Below, in pieces: positions 17,910-26,830 of a DNA stretch of 64,000 nucleotides (positions within the stretch are counted from its first letter, which is position 1; each line of letters opens with the position of its first letter). This DNA comes from a virus (Duplodnaviria; Caudoviricetes): positions 106,735 to 170,734 of IMG/VR virus record IMGVR_UViG_3300028887_000075. One strand, given 5' to 3'. The notes below the pieces were generated by a model. It made no database searches, was not told the origin of the DNA, and saw only the letters and a list, made by a program, of their open reading frames with translations. Both the position numbers and the translations under genes were made by a program.

Positions 17910-19945
17910 TGGCTAACGTACTCGTGCAGGCATACAGGAACCGGTTCCTCGACCGTGAGTTCATAGACTACAACTTCATTACCAGGATTACCCATATCCC
18001 GTCCGAGCAGTTGAAGCGCCTAGGAGTATTTGACGGGCTTCCTTACAGGTATGACCCGCAGGGGCACAAGGAGTTCCGCATGACGGACGCCATGTCCGCC
18101 CTTGCCAAGGCGAAGCTTACTCCGCCAGACAACCTGCACCCGCTGTACGAGTTCAGTGTAGCCCAGGCGATGAACGAGCTCCGCATCAAGCCGGAGTCGG
18201 TAAATGCGCTGATAAAGAGCGGGAAGCTCCGTACGCATGTTTCGGAATATGACAATTACCGCAAGATTTACCGCAAGGACCTGGAATATTACCGGCGGAA
18301 CTGGGACCCGGTGTATCTTGCTGAATTCATGAAGGTTCCTCTCCGTAGGAGCATGGCCGCGCTCATAATGGGAATCCGTGCATCGACCATATGGAGGCTA
18401 GAAAGGACAAAAGCAATTACACCCATGCCCAGGAAGAAGGGCGAACGGGTAAAGTACAGCAAGGCCGAGGTACTGAGGTACCTGCATAGCCGGAAGGTGC
18501 GCGTGTACCGGAAAGACCCGCTGCCCGAATACATGAACTCCGAGCTGGCTCTGGTATATTCCGGGTTCTCCACCAGTAAGTTCAAGCAGCTTAGCGATGT
18601 AAAGCGGCTGAATGCTGAATGGCATACGTTCCCGGACGGGAAGAAGATGTGGGTATACAGCAAGGCAAGGATTGACCAGATTCGGGAAGAGGAACTAGCT
18701 CGGGAATATTACTGTGAGGGACTGCCTTACTATACACGTAGGGCAATCAAGTACAAGTTCTTCAAGACTGACCGGTGGGTGGACATGTTCATCGTAGGTA
18801 AATGCCGCCGGATGCACGACAAGAAGAGAATACTGTCCCCTGACGAAAAAGGCGTGTCATCGCAGGGATGGGTCAAGGAGGACGTGGAGCAGGTGGTCGC
18901 GTCAGGCGTCGACTTCAAGTTCAGGAAGAAACAGAAGCCACTGTCCCGCGTTACCCGCAAGTACATGAGAGTCGTAGCAGTGGCCAAGCCGCCGGTAGCG
19001 TTCTCCTCCCCGGTCGAACAGATGGAGGAGGCAATCCGGCTGGCACTGGATGAGAAGGCGGAAAAGAAGAAGAAACACATGGCCGACATAAGGGAAAAGA
19101 TGAACTATACGATGGCCAGACGCAATGCAATCCGCAATATCCTCACGACAGGCGCATCCAACACCCCGATGATTCCGTCCAGGAATGACTTCCTCAGGTA
19201 TGCTACTGACCGGCAGATTGTCACGTTCATGATATCGACCGACGGAAAGTCCGGGAGATACCGAGAATATCCGCATACCAAGGAAGAGAGAATTTTCAAG
19301 GCCAGGCCGGGACGTAACCTGGGCAGGCGCAAGATAGCCCCGGTATTCGCACGTGCAATCCTGAACGTGCTGACCACATACAACAGGTACAATTTTGAGA
19401 AGATACCCGCATGGGTTGTATTGGTGTCATCCACCTCCATGATTACTGACCCGATGTTCCATAGCAAGCTAGCCGCGGTCCCGGATAATGTAGGGGCGGT
19501 AGGTCCGTTCGGGTACGGATACATACTTCCGGACGGTTCGTGGGATGCCTGTTCGGAGACATACGGGAGTTACTGGGTGTACAGCGAAATTACCGGGGAG
19601 AACCGGAAGGTGGAAGGACTATCGTCGACCTCGGGTAGTCACCGGGTTGACATGCTCGACGGTCCGTTCATTGCCATACGGGGAGAGTACCTGCAGGAAC
19701 TTACATCGATGAGGTATTTCATGCAGCTGGGCGATGCACGAGGTCTCCTGGCACCCACAGTATCCGCTATAATCAGGAGGCATGGAATACCTATGATGCA
19801 GATACCGGTAGATTGCTGGGCAAGCGCGGAGTTCGAGGTAAGGCCGGGTACACCCGAGATGAACCTGGCAATAGAGCGAATTACACGTTTCGTCAGTCTG
19901 AACGAAGCAGAACTTAATGCATTCCTAAAGAAAAAGAAGGTATAG
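17909..19945 (+). CDS. multi-HTH (MerR/Xis-like repeats) protein fused to a degenerate GT2-like domain
   Basis: Repeats such as SVAQAMNELRIKPESVNALIKSGKL and RSMAALIMGIRASTIWRL...YSKAEV; C-terminal VGAVGPFG...W...VDMLDGPFIAIR. Confidence 0.55.
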   Translation: MANVLVQAYRNRFLDREFIDYNFITRITHIPSEQLKRLGVFDGLPYRYDPQGHKEFRMTDAMSALAKAKLTPPDNLHPLYEFSVAQAMNELRIKPESVNALIKSGKLRTHVSEYDNYRKIYRKDLEYYRRNWDPVYLAEFMKVPLRRSMAALIMGIRASTIWRLERTKAITPMPRKKGERVKYSKAEVLRYLHSRKVRVYRKDPLPEYMNSELALVYSGFSTSKFKQLSDVKRLNAEWHTFPDGKKMWVYSKARIDQIREEELAREYYCEGLPYYTRRAIKYKFFKTDRWVDMFIVGKCRRMHDKKRILSPDEKGVSSQGWVKEDVEQVVASGVDFKFRKKQKPLSRVTRKYMRVVAVAKPPVAFSSPVEQMEEAIRLALDEKAEKKKKHMADIREKMNYTMARRNAIRNILTTGASNTPMIPSRNDFLRYATDRQIVTFMISTDGKSGRYREYPHTKEERIFKARPGRNLGRRKIAPVFARAILNVLTTYNRYNFEKIPAWVVLVSSTSMITDPMFHSKLAAVPDNVGAVGPFGYGYILPDGSWDACSETYGSYWVYSEITGENRKVEGLSSTSGSHRVDMLDGPFIAIRGEYLQELTSMRYFMQLGDARGLLAPTVSAIIRRHGIPMMQIPVDCWASAEFEVRPGTPEMNLAIERITRFVSLNEAELNAFLKKKKV

Positions 19946-19950
19946 CCACT

Positions 19951-20835
19951 ATGGAACCACAGATAATCACAATGAGCCCGCAGTTCTTTGCACTGCTGAA
20001 GAAACTCACCATGGTAAGCAAGTCCAAGGCTACCGTGATGTTTAAGGCCAACGGCAGGTGCAGGATTACCATACCTACGCCGGCTACGTTCCTTCACATA
20101 TCGGCCGGACCGGCTGACCTTAACTTTGGTGGCAACGAGATATGTGTCGCAAACATGATGGAGTTCATCAAGTTCTGCGAGCTGGTGGGATATCCCGGTA
20201 CGGTGAACAGTAACGTCCAGGCGCTGGAACGGACGCTATCCAACGGGCATGTCTACCCGATGCTCCAGTTCATGAACGGCAACGATACCACTGCGACCCG
20301 CACGGCATACACGATTTGTGCCGACCCGACAAGGTTCGACAAGAAGGCCCGTCACGTTCCGGCTGACCGCGACAAGGACATCATGAACTGCCTGTCAACC
20401 ATTTCAATGGGCAAGGACGCACTGAAGACCTTCTGTGACGAGCTCAAGCTGGTTCCCGGCTGTCAGTTCGTATCCGTGGTGTTGAGCCATACGAAGGTGA
20501 AGATTTACATGAAGGGACGTACCGGACAGCAGATTACTGAGGACATCCCCAGGAACTGCACCCGCATGGGTGCCGCCGACCTAATTGATGCCGCCTATGC
20601 CAGTTCTAAGGACAAGTACAGAAAGATTCCTGCCATGTACTTCACCATACTGAAGGGCATCGAGACCGACTACGAGATTGAGGTTCGCCACATGAAGACC
20701 GAGGCCCGTGACAAGATTGCCCTGAAGGCGTTCTCTTCCCTGGCCGGAGCAGACCCGCAGGACCCGATTTCCCTCTACGTGGCCGGCATGGAGAGCGACG
20801 GCGGTGAAATCAACCATGAGGCCCTGGTCGAATAA
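19951..20835 (+). CDS. sliding clamp (T4 gp45-like)
   Basis: MSPQFFALLKKL...VMFKANG, EICVANMMEFI and final YVAGME parallel gp45; located in the replication operon. Confidence 0.6.
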   Translation: MEPQIITMSPQFFALLKKLTMVSKSKATVMFKANGRCRITIPTPATFLHISAGPADLNFGGNEICVANMMEFIKFCELVGYPGTVNSNVQALERTLSNGHVYPMLQFMNGNDTTATRTAYTICADPTRFDKKARHVPADRDKDIMNCLSTISMGKDALKTFCDELKLVPGCQFVSVVLSHTKVKIYMKGRTGQQITEDIPRNCTRMGAADLIDAAYASSKDKYRKIPAMYFTILKGIETDYEIEVRHMKTEARDKIALKAFSSLAGADPQDPISLYVAGMESDGGEINHEALVE

Positions 20836-20858
20836 GCCATAAACTACGGTAGTCGAAT

Positions 20859-22019
20859 ATGGACTGCCGTATGCAAATTGAACTTGATGATATCTTGCTT
20901 GAGGCCCTCGGTGAACTGCCGGACCTCCCGGAATCCCTCGTAGTCGCCCTGGTGGAAGGCGCCCATGCCCTCACCGGTGGTATGCGCAAGTTCCGCCCCC
21001 TCACTCCCGAGGAGACCGATGCGGTTGTCGACTACCTGAGGGGCAACGCCGCCAGGCTTGGAACACCGTTCAACGAGGCCGAAATCCGGGCAGATATCGC
21101 GAAGCATCCGGGAAAGTACCAGAATACCCTGGCGAACATCAAGAAGCGCCGGGAGATGCCGTCTGCCTTTGAAAGGAACATGCGCATAAAGCAGTCTGCT
21201 GACAGGAGGCAGGCCGAGGTGGACAACAAGGCGAAACGTTTCATCTACTATGCGGCCATCGTGGAGCGGCTCAAGAAGAGCTTCTCCCACTTCGGTATTC
21301 CGTTCGACGAGACGCGTGCCATGACGGACATAGCGCGTGACGATGCGAGGTGGCTTGCGCGAGTGGTACTCAGGGATGCCCAGGAGAATCCAGTATTCAT
21401 GTCGCTCGGTATGGCGGCCAAGGACCCGTCCGTAAGCTACCTCCGAATGAAGAATCCTTCCCTTGCCAAGTACATGCAGGATGCATTCAGCTTCAGCCGG
21501 ATGGACGAAAAGGAACTGGAAAGCATGAAGGTCGAATACAGGTACATGCGGCCGGATGTTGCCAAGGAGGCTGCCAGTAAGTCCGGGAAGAATCCTGGCG
21601 AACATTCTACTACCAACACGGAATATGACAGCAAGATAGCTCCATGGTACGGCAAGGGAGTATCGCTAGTTGATGTGGTGATGAAATGCAAGGATGTACC
21701 GTACGACTACATATGTCGGTACTTCGTGGAGCATGGTGGGGCCGACCGGGTCAAGGATGCGCCCAGGGCCGGGGAGGACATCGTGGAATACCTCCGCAGG
21801 CTACCCAGGGGTGACCGGGGTGAACTGGAGTTCACCACCGAGCTCAACCGGCTGTCCGAGGCTGCATTCGGGCGGGCCGTGGTCGACGGTGCTGTCAAGC
21901 AGGTTGAACGGGAAAATCCCGGAAAGTTCGCCGAGATGACGGCGAAATGCTCCCGCAGCATGGTCAAGCCGAAGGATATACCGCTGTACGCCGCGTGGTG
22001 CACCTTGCACGCCAAGTAG
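20859..22019 (+). CDS. hypothetical protein
   Basis: 386 aa, preceded by ATAAACT at 20839. Confidence 0.7.
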   Translation: MDCRMQIELDDILLEALGELPDLPESLVVALVEGAHALTGGMRKFRPLTPEETDAVVDYLRGNAARLGTPFNEAEIRADIAKHPGKYQNTLANIKKRREMPSAFERNMRIKQSADRRQAEVDNKAKRFIYYAAIVERLKKSFSHFGIPFDETRAMTDIARDDARWLARVVLRDAQENPVFMSLGMAAKDPSVSYLRMKNPSLAKYMQDAFSFSRMDEKELESMKVEYRYMRPDVAKEAASKSGKNPGEHSTTNTEYDSKIAPWYGKGVSLVDVVMKCKDVPYDYICRYFVEHGGADRVKDAPRAGEDIVEYLRRLPRGDRGELEFTTELNRLSEAAFGRAVVDGAVKQVERENPGKFAEMTAKCSRSMVKPKDIPLYAAWCTLHAK

Positions 22020-22065
22020 GCCAGCAGTATAAACTACTGGAAAATCGACAGAATCGAGGTTCCAA

Positions 22066-23556
22066 GTGGCCGTATCGCTTACAGATTTCACGAAGACGTT
22101 CCAGTACGTCACCACCAAGAGCGGACCGGTAGTCCCGGCCCGTACGACAACCGTCGACATGATGAAGGGCACGCTGCCCCCAGTAGACGACCAGACCAAG
22201 GAAAAGTTCGACCACCGGACATACGAGAACAAGAACCTCGAGATGAAGAAGAACTACCTCTCCCTCCGCGATATCGGGGTGAAGGTCATGACCGAGGCTA
22301 CTTCCAGTACGTCATATTCCCCGATGCGGCTCAATCTCGCCGGGATGGACATGGACAATACCTCGCTCAACGGGGCCTTCAACTGTGACGGCACTCCGGT
22401 TACAATCAACCTGAAGTATCCCAACAAGAACGGGAACATCAGTGTCGAGCTCACCCTGGACGGCGGTGCGACCATGCTGTACGAGGTATCCCTCGATTCC
22501 GACCAGTTCAAGGGGAACTTCGCCCAGTCAATCCGGGAGAGCGCCAGGAACCTCATCAAGCAGAACAGCGAACCGGCCGACCTGGACGAGATGCTTTACG
22601 GTGTGGGTGCCATCCCGAGCATGAAGGACAACTTCAACGACACGCTCGGCATCGCCAATTCCGACACCAACAACATCACCGCATACGAATCTGTCGACTG
22701 GAAGCTCCAGAAGCTTCTCAATGTATGCAACGAGGCCGCCATGCTCGAGGCCGATGACGACATGGGTGGCGACGCCGGTGCCGACTTCGGTGCGGATGAC
22801 TTCGCCGCCCCGGCGGACGGCGGTGCACCTGCCGGTGGCGACATGGGCGCCCCCCAGGATGCCGGCGATGTCAACGGTGTTACCGATGGTAACGGCAAGG
22901 GTGACGACATGCTCGAGTTCCGCGAGTTCTGCCTCCCGAGCGACCCGGATAACGGCTCCGGCCTATCCCAGGCAGCATGGGACAACATGGCCCAGATTGT
23001 ATCCGACGCAATCAACTACATCAACGACAACCAGGCTGGTGGCGTCAAGCCGTCGGCCAATGAATGGTACGAGGGCTTCCCGGGTGTCAAGAACATGATT
23101 CCGGAAGAAATACTCGAACAGTTCCTGTCGTTTGACGACTACAAGGCGCTCGATACCACTCTCCCCATCGACGGCCTTAGGCAGTTTGCCCATGCCCTCG
23201 AGGGTGGCAAGATTGACATCACCAAGTTCAAGACCGACCTCGGCAAGTGGTTCCCCGAAGTGTACAATACCGACGGTACTGCCATGAGTGACGTGTCCAA
23301 GGAAACTGCCGCCATGACGTTCCCGGCCGATGACCAGACCGGCGTCGGACAGGGTCTCGACATGAACTCCCAGATGGACTTCGGCGGCTACGACGGCTTC
23401 AACGATACCGAGGGCATGATGGACCAGGCCAACGCTATGGTCGGCAATGGCAATACCGACCCGGGCATCGACATGAGCGAGGGCGGTAGCGATTCCGAAG
23501 AACCGGGTAAGGACAAGACCGACATCGCAATCGACTCCTTGGACAACCTGTTCTAG
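22066..23556 (+). CDS. acidic D/G/M-rich hypothetical protein (possibly virion/internal)
   Basis: 496 aa, GTG start, preceded by TATAAACT at 22028. Confidence 0.7.
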   Translation: MAVSLTDFTKTFQYVTTKSGPVVPARTTTVDMMKGTLPPVDDQTKEKFDHRTYENKNLEMKKNYLSLRDIGVKVMTEATSSTSYSPMRLNLAGMDMDNTSLNGAFNCDGTPVTINLKYPNKNGNISVELTLDGGATMLYEVSLDSDQFKGNFAQSIRESARNLIKQNSEPADLDEMLYGVGAIPSMKDNFNDTLGIANSDTNNITAYESVDWKLQKLLNVCNEAAMLEADDDMGGDAGADFGADDFAAPADGGAPAGGDMGAPQDAGDVNGVTDGNGKGDDMLEFREFCLPSDPDNGSGLSQAAWDNMAQIVSDAINYINDNQAGGVKPSANEWYEGFPGVKNMIPEEILEQFLSFDDYKALDTTLPIDGLRQFAHALEGGKIDITKFKTDLGKWFPEVYNTDGTAMSDVSKETAAMTFPADDQTGVGQGLDMNSQMDFGGYDGFNDTEGMMDQANAMVGNGNTDPGIDMSEGGSDSEEPGKDKTDIAIDSLDNLF

Positions 23557-23575
23557 CCCCGGGAGATATCCTTTT

Positions 23576-23606
23576 GAAGGCGGCTGCTACCGGCAGCTGC
23601 CTTTTT
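23576..23606 (+). terminator. intrinsic terminator
   Basis: AAGGCGGCTGC-tacc-GGCAGCTGCC-TTTTT. Confidence 0.75.
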
Positions 23607-23640
23607 GATTTAGTTTCTCTACCGAAAGAGAGGAACTATT

Positions 23641-24801
23641 ATGTCCGAAGAAGTATCTACAGTAGAAGAATCCGCCGGGCCGAGCCTGGTCATGTTCAAT
23701 ACCGTTACCGGTTTCCGCGAGGCGATGACCTTCATCGGGTTCTCGTGCGAGTCAGATGACGTCAAGGTGCACGTCGAGACCTTCGAGAACGAGGAAGAGG
23801 GACTTGTCTACATGAAGCTCACTACGTCCAAGGGTGTCAGCGTGCTTATCGACTCGACCCTGAAGTCCAAGTGCCTGGATAGCGATGCGTATGTCAACCT
23901 CCGCGACCTGTACGTGTTCTGCGACAAGGGTGTGAAGGACGGACTGGTTGCCATGTGGGTGGCCGACAACAGGCTCTATGTCGGTTCGTCGTTTAATGAG
24001 TCGTTCCAGGGGTTCGAGTCCGAGGCAAGTCTCCCGCTGCTCGAACCGTTCGAAACCGAAGCCGAGGAATTCCTGCTGCAGGATAGTATCAAGATTGAGC
24101 AGACCGTGATGGCGTCAATCATCGACAGCGTCTATACGTTCGACTGCATGGAGATTATCAGGAAGGAGGGGACGCTCTCGTTCCGCACCGGGGATGACCG
24201 GGTGACAATCGCTACCCTCCCGGCAAGTACCAAGATGGAATCGTTTACGGAGGACGGCAAGCTGGGTGATTTCGAGGTTTCTGTCCCGCTGTGCATATTC
24301 AAGCTTATCCCGCTGGTAGAAACCAAGTCGGTATGCACGATGGAGTTCGACTGGACCCACGGGACAATCCGTTCACAGGGAAAACTCTATGGGTTTACCT
24401 ACAAGTTTGCGCCGGCAACTCTCCGTACGGGTACCAGTGACGGTATGATGTCCTACATGAAGTTCGACACGCTCGGCATGGCAGCGACTATCGACATGAT
24501 TTACGGGCTCAACTACCGTGACCCGACTGCACCGGTCACCCTTACCCCGCTTGATGAGAAGACTGTCGAAATCAAGTACGCCAACGGTGACCGCTATGAG
24601 GGTGTCATCACGATGACCGGGGTCAAGATGATGGATACTAAAAAGTCCATCGAGTTGCCGATGGACATAAGTACTATGATGGTCAGGAATGCCGGGACTT
24701 CCGTGCTTGAGCTGCTCTATGGCGAAGATGGCCGCCTCTTTATGACATACTGCAACGAGAAGATGGGCTACGCCAGGAAGTGCATGTACTTCGGCGATTA
24801 G
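23641..24801 (+). CDS. hypothetical protein, possibly DnaN/clamp-like fold
   Basis: 386 aa, acidic, alternating helix/strand periodicity; fold assignment is a guess. Confidence 0.4.
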   Translation: MSEEVSTVEESAGPSLVMFNTVTGFREAMTFIGFSCESDDVKVHVETFENEEEGLVYMKLTTSKGVSVLIDSTLKSKCLDSDAYVNLRDLYVFCDKGVKDGLVAMWVADNRLYVGSSFNESFQGFESEASLPLLEPFETEAEEFLLQDSIKIEQTVMASIIDSVYTFDCMEIIRKEGTLSFRTGDDRVTIATLPASTKMESFTEDGKLGDFEVSVPLCIFKLIPLVETKSVCTMEFDWTHGTIRSQGKLYGFTYKFAPATLRTGTSDGMMSYMKFDTLGMAATIDMIYGLNYRDPTAPVTLTPLDEKTVEIKYANGDRYEGVITMTGVKMMDTKKSIELPMDISTMMVRNAGTSVLELLYGEDGRLFMTYCNEKMGYARKCMYFGD

Positions 24802-25409
24802 AGCTCGGCCAGGTCGTCGCTGCCGCCGAGGTCGAAATCCTCGGCAGGACCTTCATCGGAACTGCCATTGTCGAGCGGTTCCGTTTCAGTATCCGGGCTT
24901 CCCGGCTCGATTTCGGACATCGCATTGACGCTGTCACCGTCCAGTTCGGAGCCGAAGTCGCCAAAGTCGTCATTCACCTGGTCGAACGAGGCCATACCCT
25001 CGTCGGAGAATCCCAGGTCCATGTTGTCGATTCCGCCGCCGAAGCCGCCGCCGAAACCGCCCGCATCTTCACCGAAATCACCCGGGGCGGCGAACATGTC
25101 CGCACCGGGAGGCGGGACGTTGGGGTCGAACCCCATGAGGTCGTCATACTCGGTATCTTCGTCGGATTGTTCCTCGGGATGTTCCAGTTTTTGCCGGAGG
25201 GAGTTGACCGCGTCGTGGACCATGTCCTGCTCGGTACCTCCCAGTACCTGATTGGATGGGTCGTCCATGGCCTCCTTGTGCTTCTCGAGCATCTCGTTGC
25301 GGAAGCGTGCCTTGATTTCGCTGACAGGGATGCCGGAATCCCGGCTGAGCTCGGTAAATATAGGGAGCTCGTGGCTCACCGTGGATGATTTCGGTATGTT
25401 CAGGTCCAT
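24798..25409 (-). CDS. highly acidic low-complexity protein
   Basis: 203 aa, D/G/F-rich C-terminal half, GGAGGA RBS. Confidence 0.7.
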   Translation of the reverse strand: MDLNIPKSSTVSHELPIFTELSRDSGIPVSEIKARFRNEMLEKHKEAMDDPSNQVLGGTEQDMVHDAVNSLRQKLEHPEEQSDEDTEYDDLMGFDPNVPPPGADMFAAPGDFGEDAGGFGGGFGGGIDNMDLGFSDEGMASFDQVNDDFGDFGSELDGDSVNAMSEIEPGSPDTETEPLDNGSSDEGPAEDFDLGGSDDLAEL

Positions 25410-25422
25410 CCTGCTAGTCCTC

Positions 25423-26019
25423 CTAAAGTTCCTTTTCCTCGTCGGTCCACCACTCGTTTCCGCCTATTCCTGGCTTGGTGGCCATAAAACGTTCTCCCGG
25501 GTCGACCGACGGATATTCCTTGAACCCGAGCCTTGAATAGAGGCGGTAGGCCCCGTCGTTGTCCTTGGCCGTATGCAGGGATATTCCCTGTGGGGAGTCC
25601 TGGATGGCCTGCCTGATGAGCAGGCTGCCGGTGCCGGTGCTACGTTCGTCTTCCGGTACGTATACCAGGTAGATGTAGGCAGTCCCGTCCTTGTTAGTTA
25701 CCGTAACCAGGCCCTGCCGTCCGTCTATCGTGTATGCGTGGATTCGGCGGTCCCAGGTATGCTGCGCGTTATCCAGACACTCTGCCAGGAACTTATCGCT
25801 TTCCTCCGGGTTGTCATGGTAGCATTCGGCCTCGTTCTCCGTTACCTTGCGGTATATGGCCATGAACTCGCCATAGGTCATCTCCCTGATACCGGAAACA
25901 ACCGGTTCCTGGGATTCCAGACATACCCGGTATCCTGTGCCAAGGGTTTTGGCCAGCTCGTGGGGAATTCCGGTAAGTATGTGGTTGATTGTCATGTTTG
26001 CAAGTTGGTTGATTGTCAT
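25423..26019 (-). CDS. GNAT-family acetyltransferase
   Basis: YIYLVYVPEDERSTGTGSLLI...LHTAKDNDGAYRLYSRLGF; start at 26019 or 25995. Confidence 0.8.
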   Translation of the reverse strand: MTINQLANMTINHILTGIPHELAKTLGTGYRVCLESQEPVVSGIREMTYGEFMAIYRKVTENEAECYHDNPEESDKFLAECLDNAQHTWDRRIHAYTIDGRQGLVTVTNKDGTAYIYLVYVPEDERSTGTGSLLIRQAIQDSPQGISLHTAKDNDGAYRLYSRLGFKEYPSVDPGERFMATKPGIGGNEWWTDEEKEL

Positions 26020-26030
26020 GTTTGCAAGTT
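25983..26030. repeat. 24-bp tandem duplication at the GNAT start
   Basis: GGTTGATTGTCATGTTTGCAAGTT twice. Confidence 0.9.
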
Positions 26031-26091
26031 TATCGCCCCAGGCAGTATCCCGGAAACTGCCGGAAAATACTTTTTGCCACCTGTATAAACT
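26027..26091. promoter_or_regulatory. divergent class II (late-like) ATAAACT motifs
   Basis: AGTTTAT 26027-26033 (minus) and TATAAACT 26084-26091 (plus). Confidence 0.55.
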
Positions 26092-26126
26092 TACCGTCAA
26101 ATAACCTTTTACCGGATGGTATCCAA

Positions 26127-26759
26127 ATGGCATATTCAATCGAAGAAGAAGATAAGATGCTCGCGATGATTGAGGCTATCGCTAACCAGCCTATCGAAGA
26201 GCAGCGCCCGTACAACGAGGTCAAGGACCCGAAGCCGATTGTTGAGTCCGCCTGTTTCGAGGGCGTCAAGGTCGACTTCTCCGGCTGGACCGAGGACAAG
26301 AAGAAGGTCGGCAAGGCCAAGACCGCCGAGAACCCGGACCTCGCCAAGCAGTCCAAGGATGCACCGAAGGTGACCGACGTGGACACCAAGGGCACTGCGG
26401 TTGCTACGGAAGGTACCGAGAAGCCGGTTACCGAGAACGACACTGTCACCGAGAAGAAGGAAGACAAGCAGGTCACCGAGCTCGTCACCGAGGATGCCAC
26501 CCACGAAGCCAAGGGCGAACCCAAGGCAAAGACCGGCAGCTTCGACACGAAGGCCAAGTCTACCGCCTCCGCCCAGCGTTCCAAAGCTGACTCCAACAAG
26601 AAGTTCTCCGAGGAAAGCAAGCGCCAGCGCAAGATTGACATGTTCAGGGACTTCGTGAAGTCACTGGGAGTCGACAAGGAATCCAAGGAAGCTGCCGAGA
26701 AGGTGCTGAAGAAGTTCGACGAGATTTCCAAGCACATCGGTGAACCGGGCGAAAAATAA
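26127..26759 (+). CDS. K/E/T-rich hypothetical protein
   Basis: Start MAYSIEEED; charged low-complexity sequence. Confidence 0.7.
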   Translation: MAYSIEEEDKMLAMIEAIANQPIEEQRPYNEVKDPKPIVESACFEGVKVDFSGWTEDKKKVGKAKTAENPDLAKQSKDAPKVTDVDTKGTAVATEGTEKPVTENDTVTEKKEDKQVTELVTEDATHEAKGEPKAKTGSFDTKAKSTASAQRSKADSNKKFSEESKRQRKIDMFRDFVKSLGVDKESKEAAEKVLKKFDEISKHIGEPGEK

Positions 26760-26783
26760 CAACCTATTCATTTTTTATCATCG

Positions 26784-26818
26784 AATGCCTACCCTAGGTA
26801 GGCATTTTTGCTATATTT
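26784..26818 (+). terminator. hairpin fused to class I promoter
   Basis: AATGCCTACC-ct-AGGTAGGCATT then TTTGCTATATTT. Confidence 0.7.
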
Positions 26819-26830
26819 CCGGTAGCTGCT

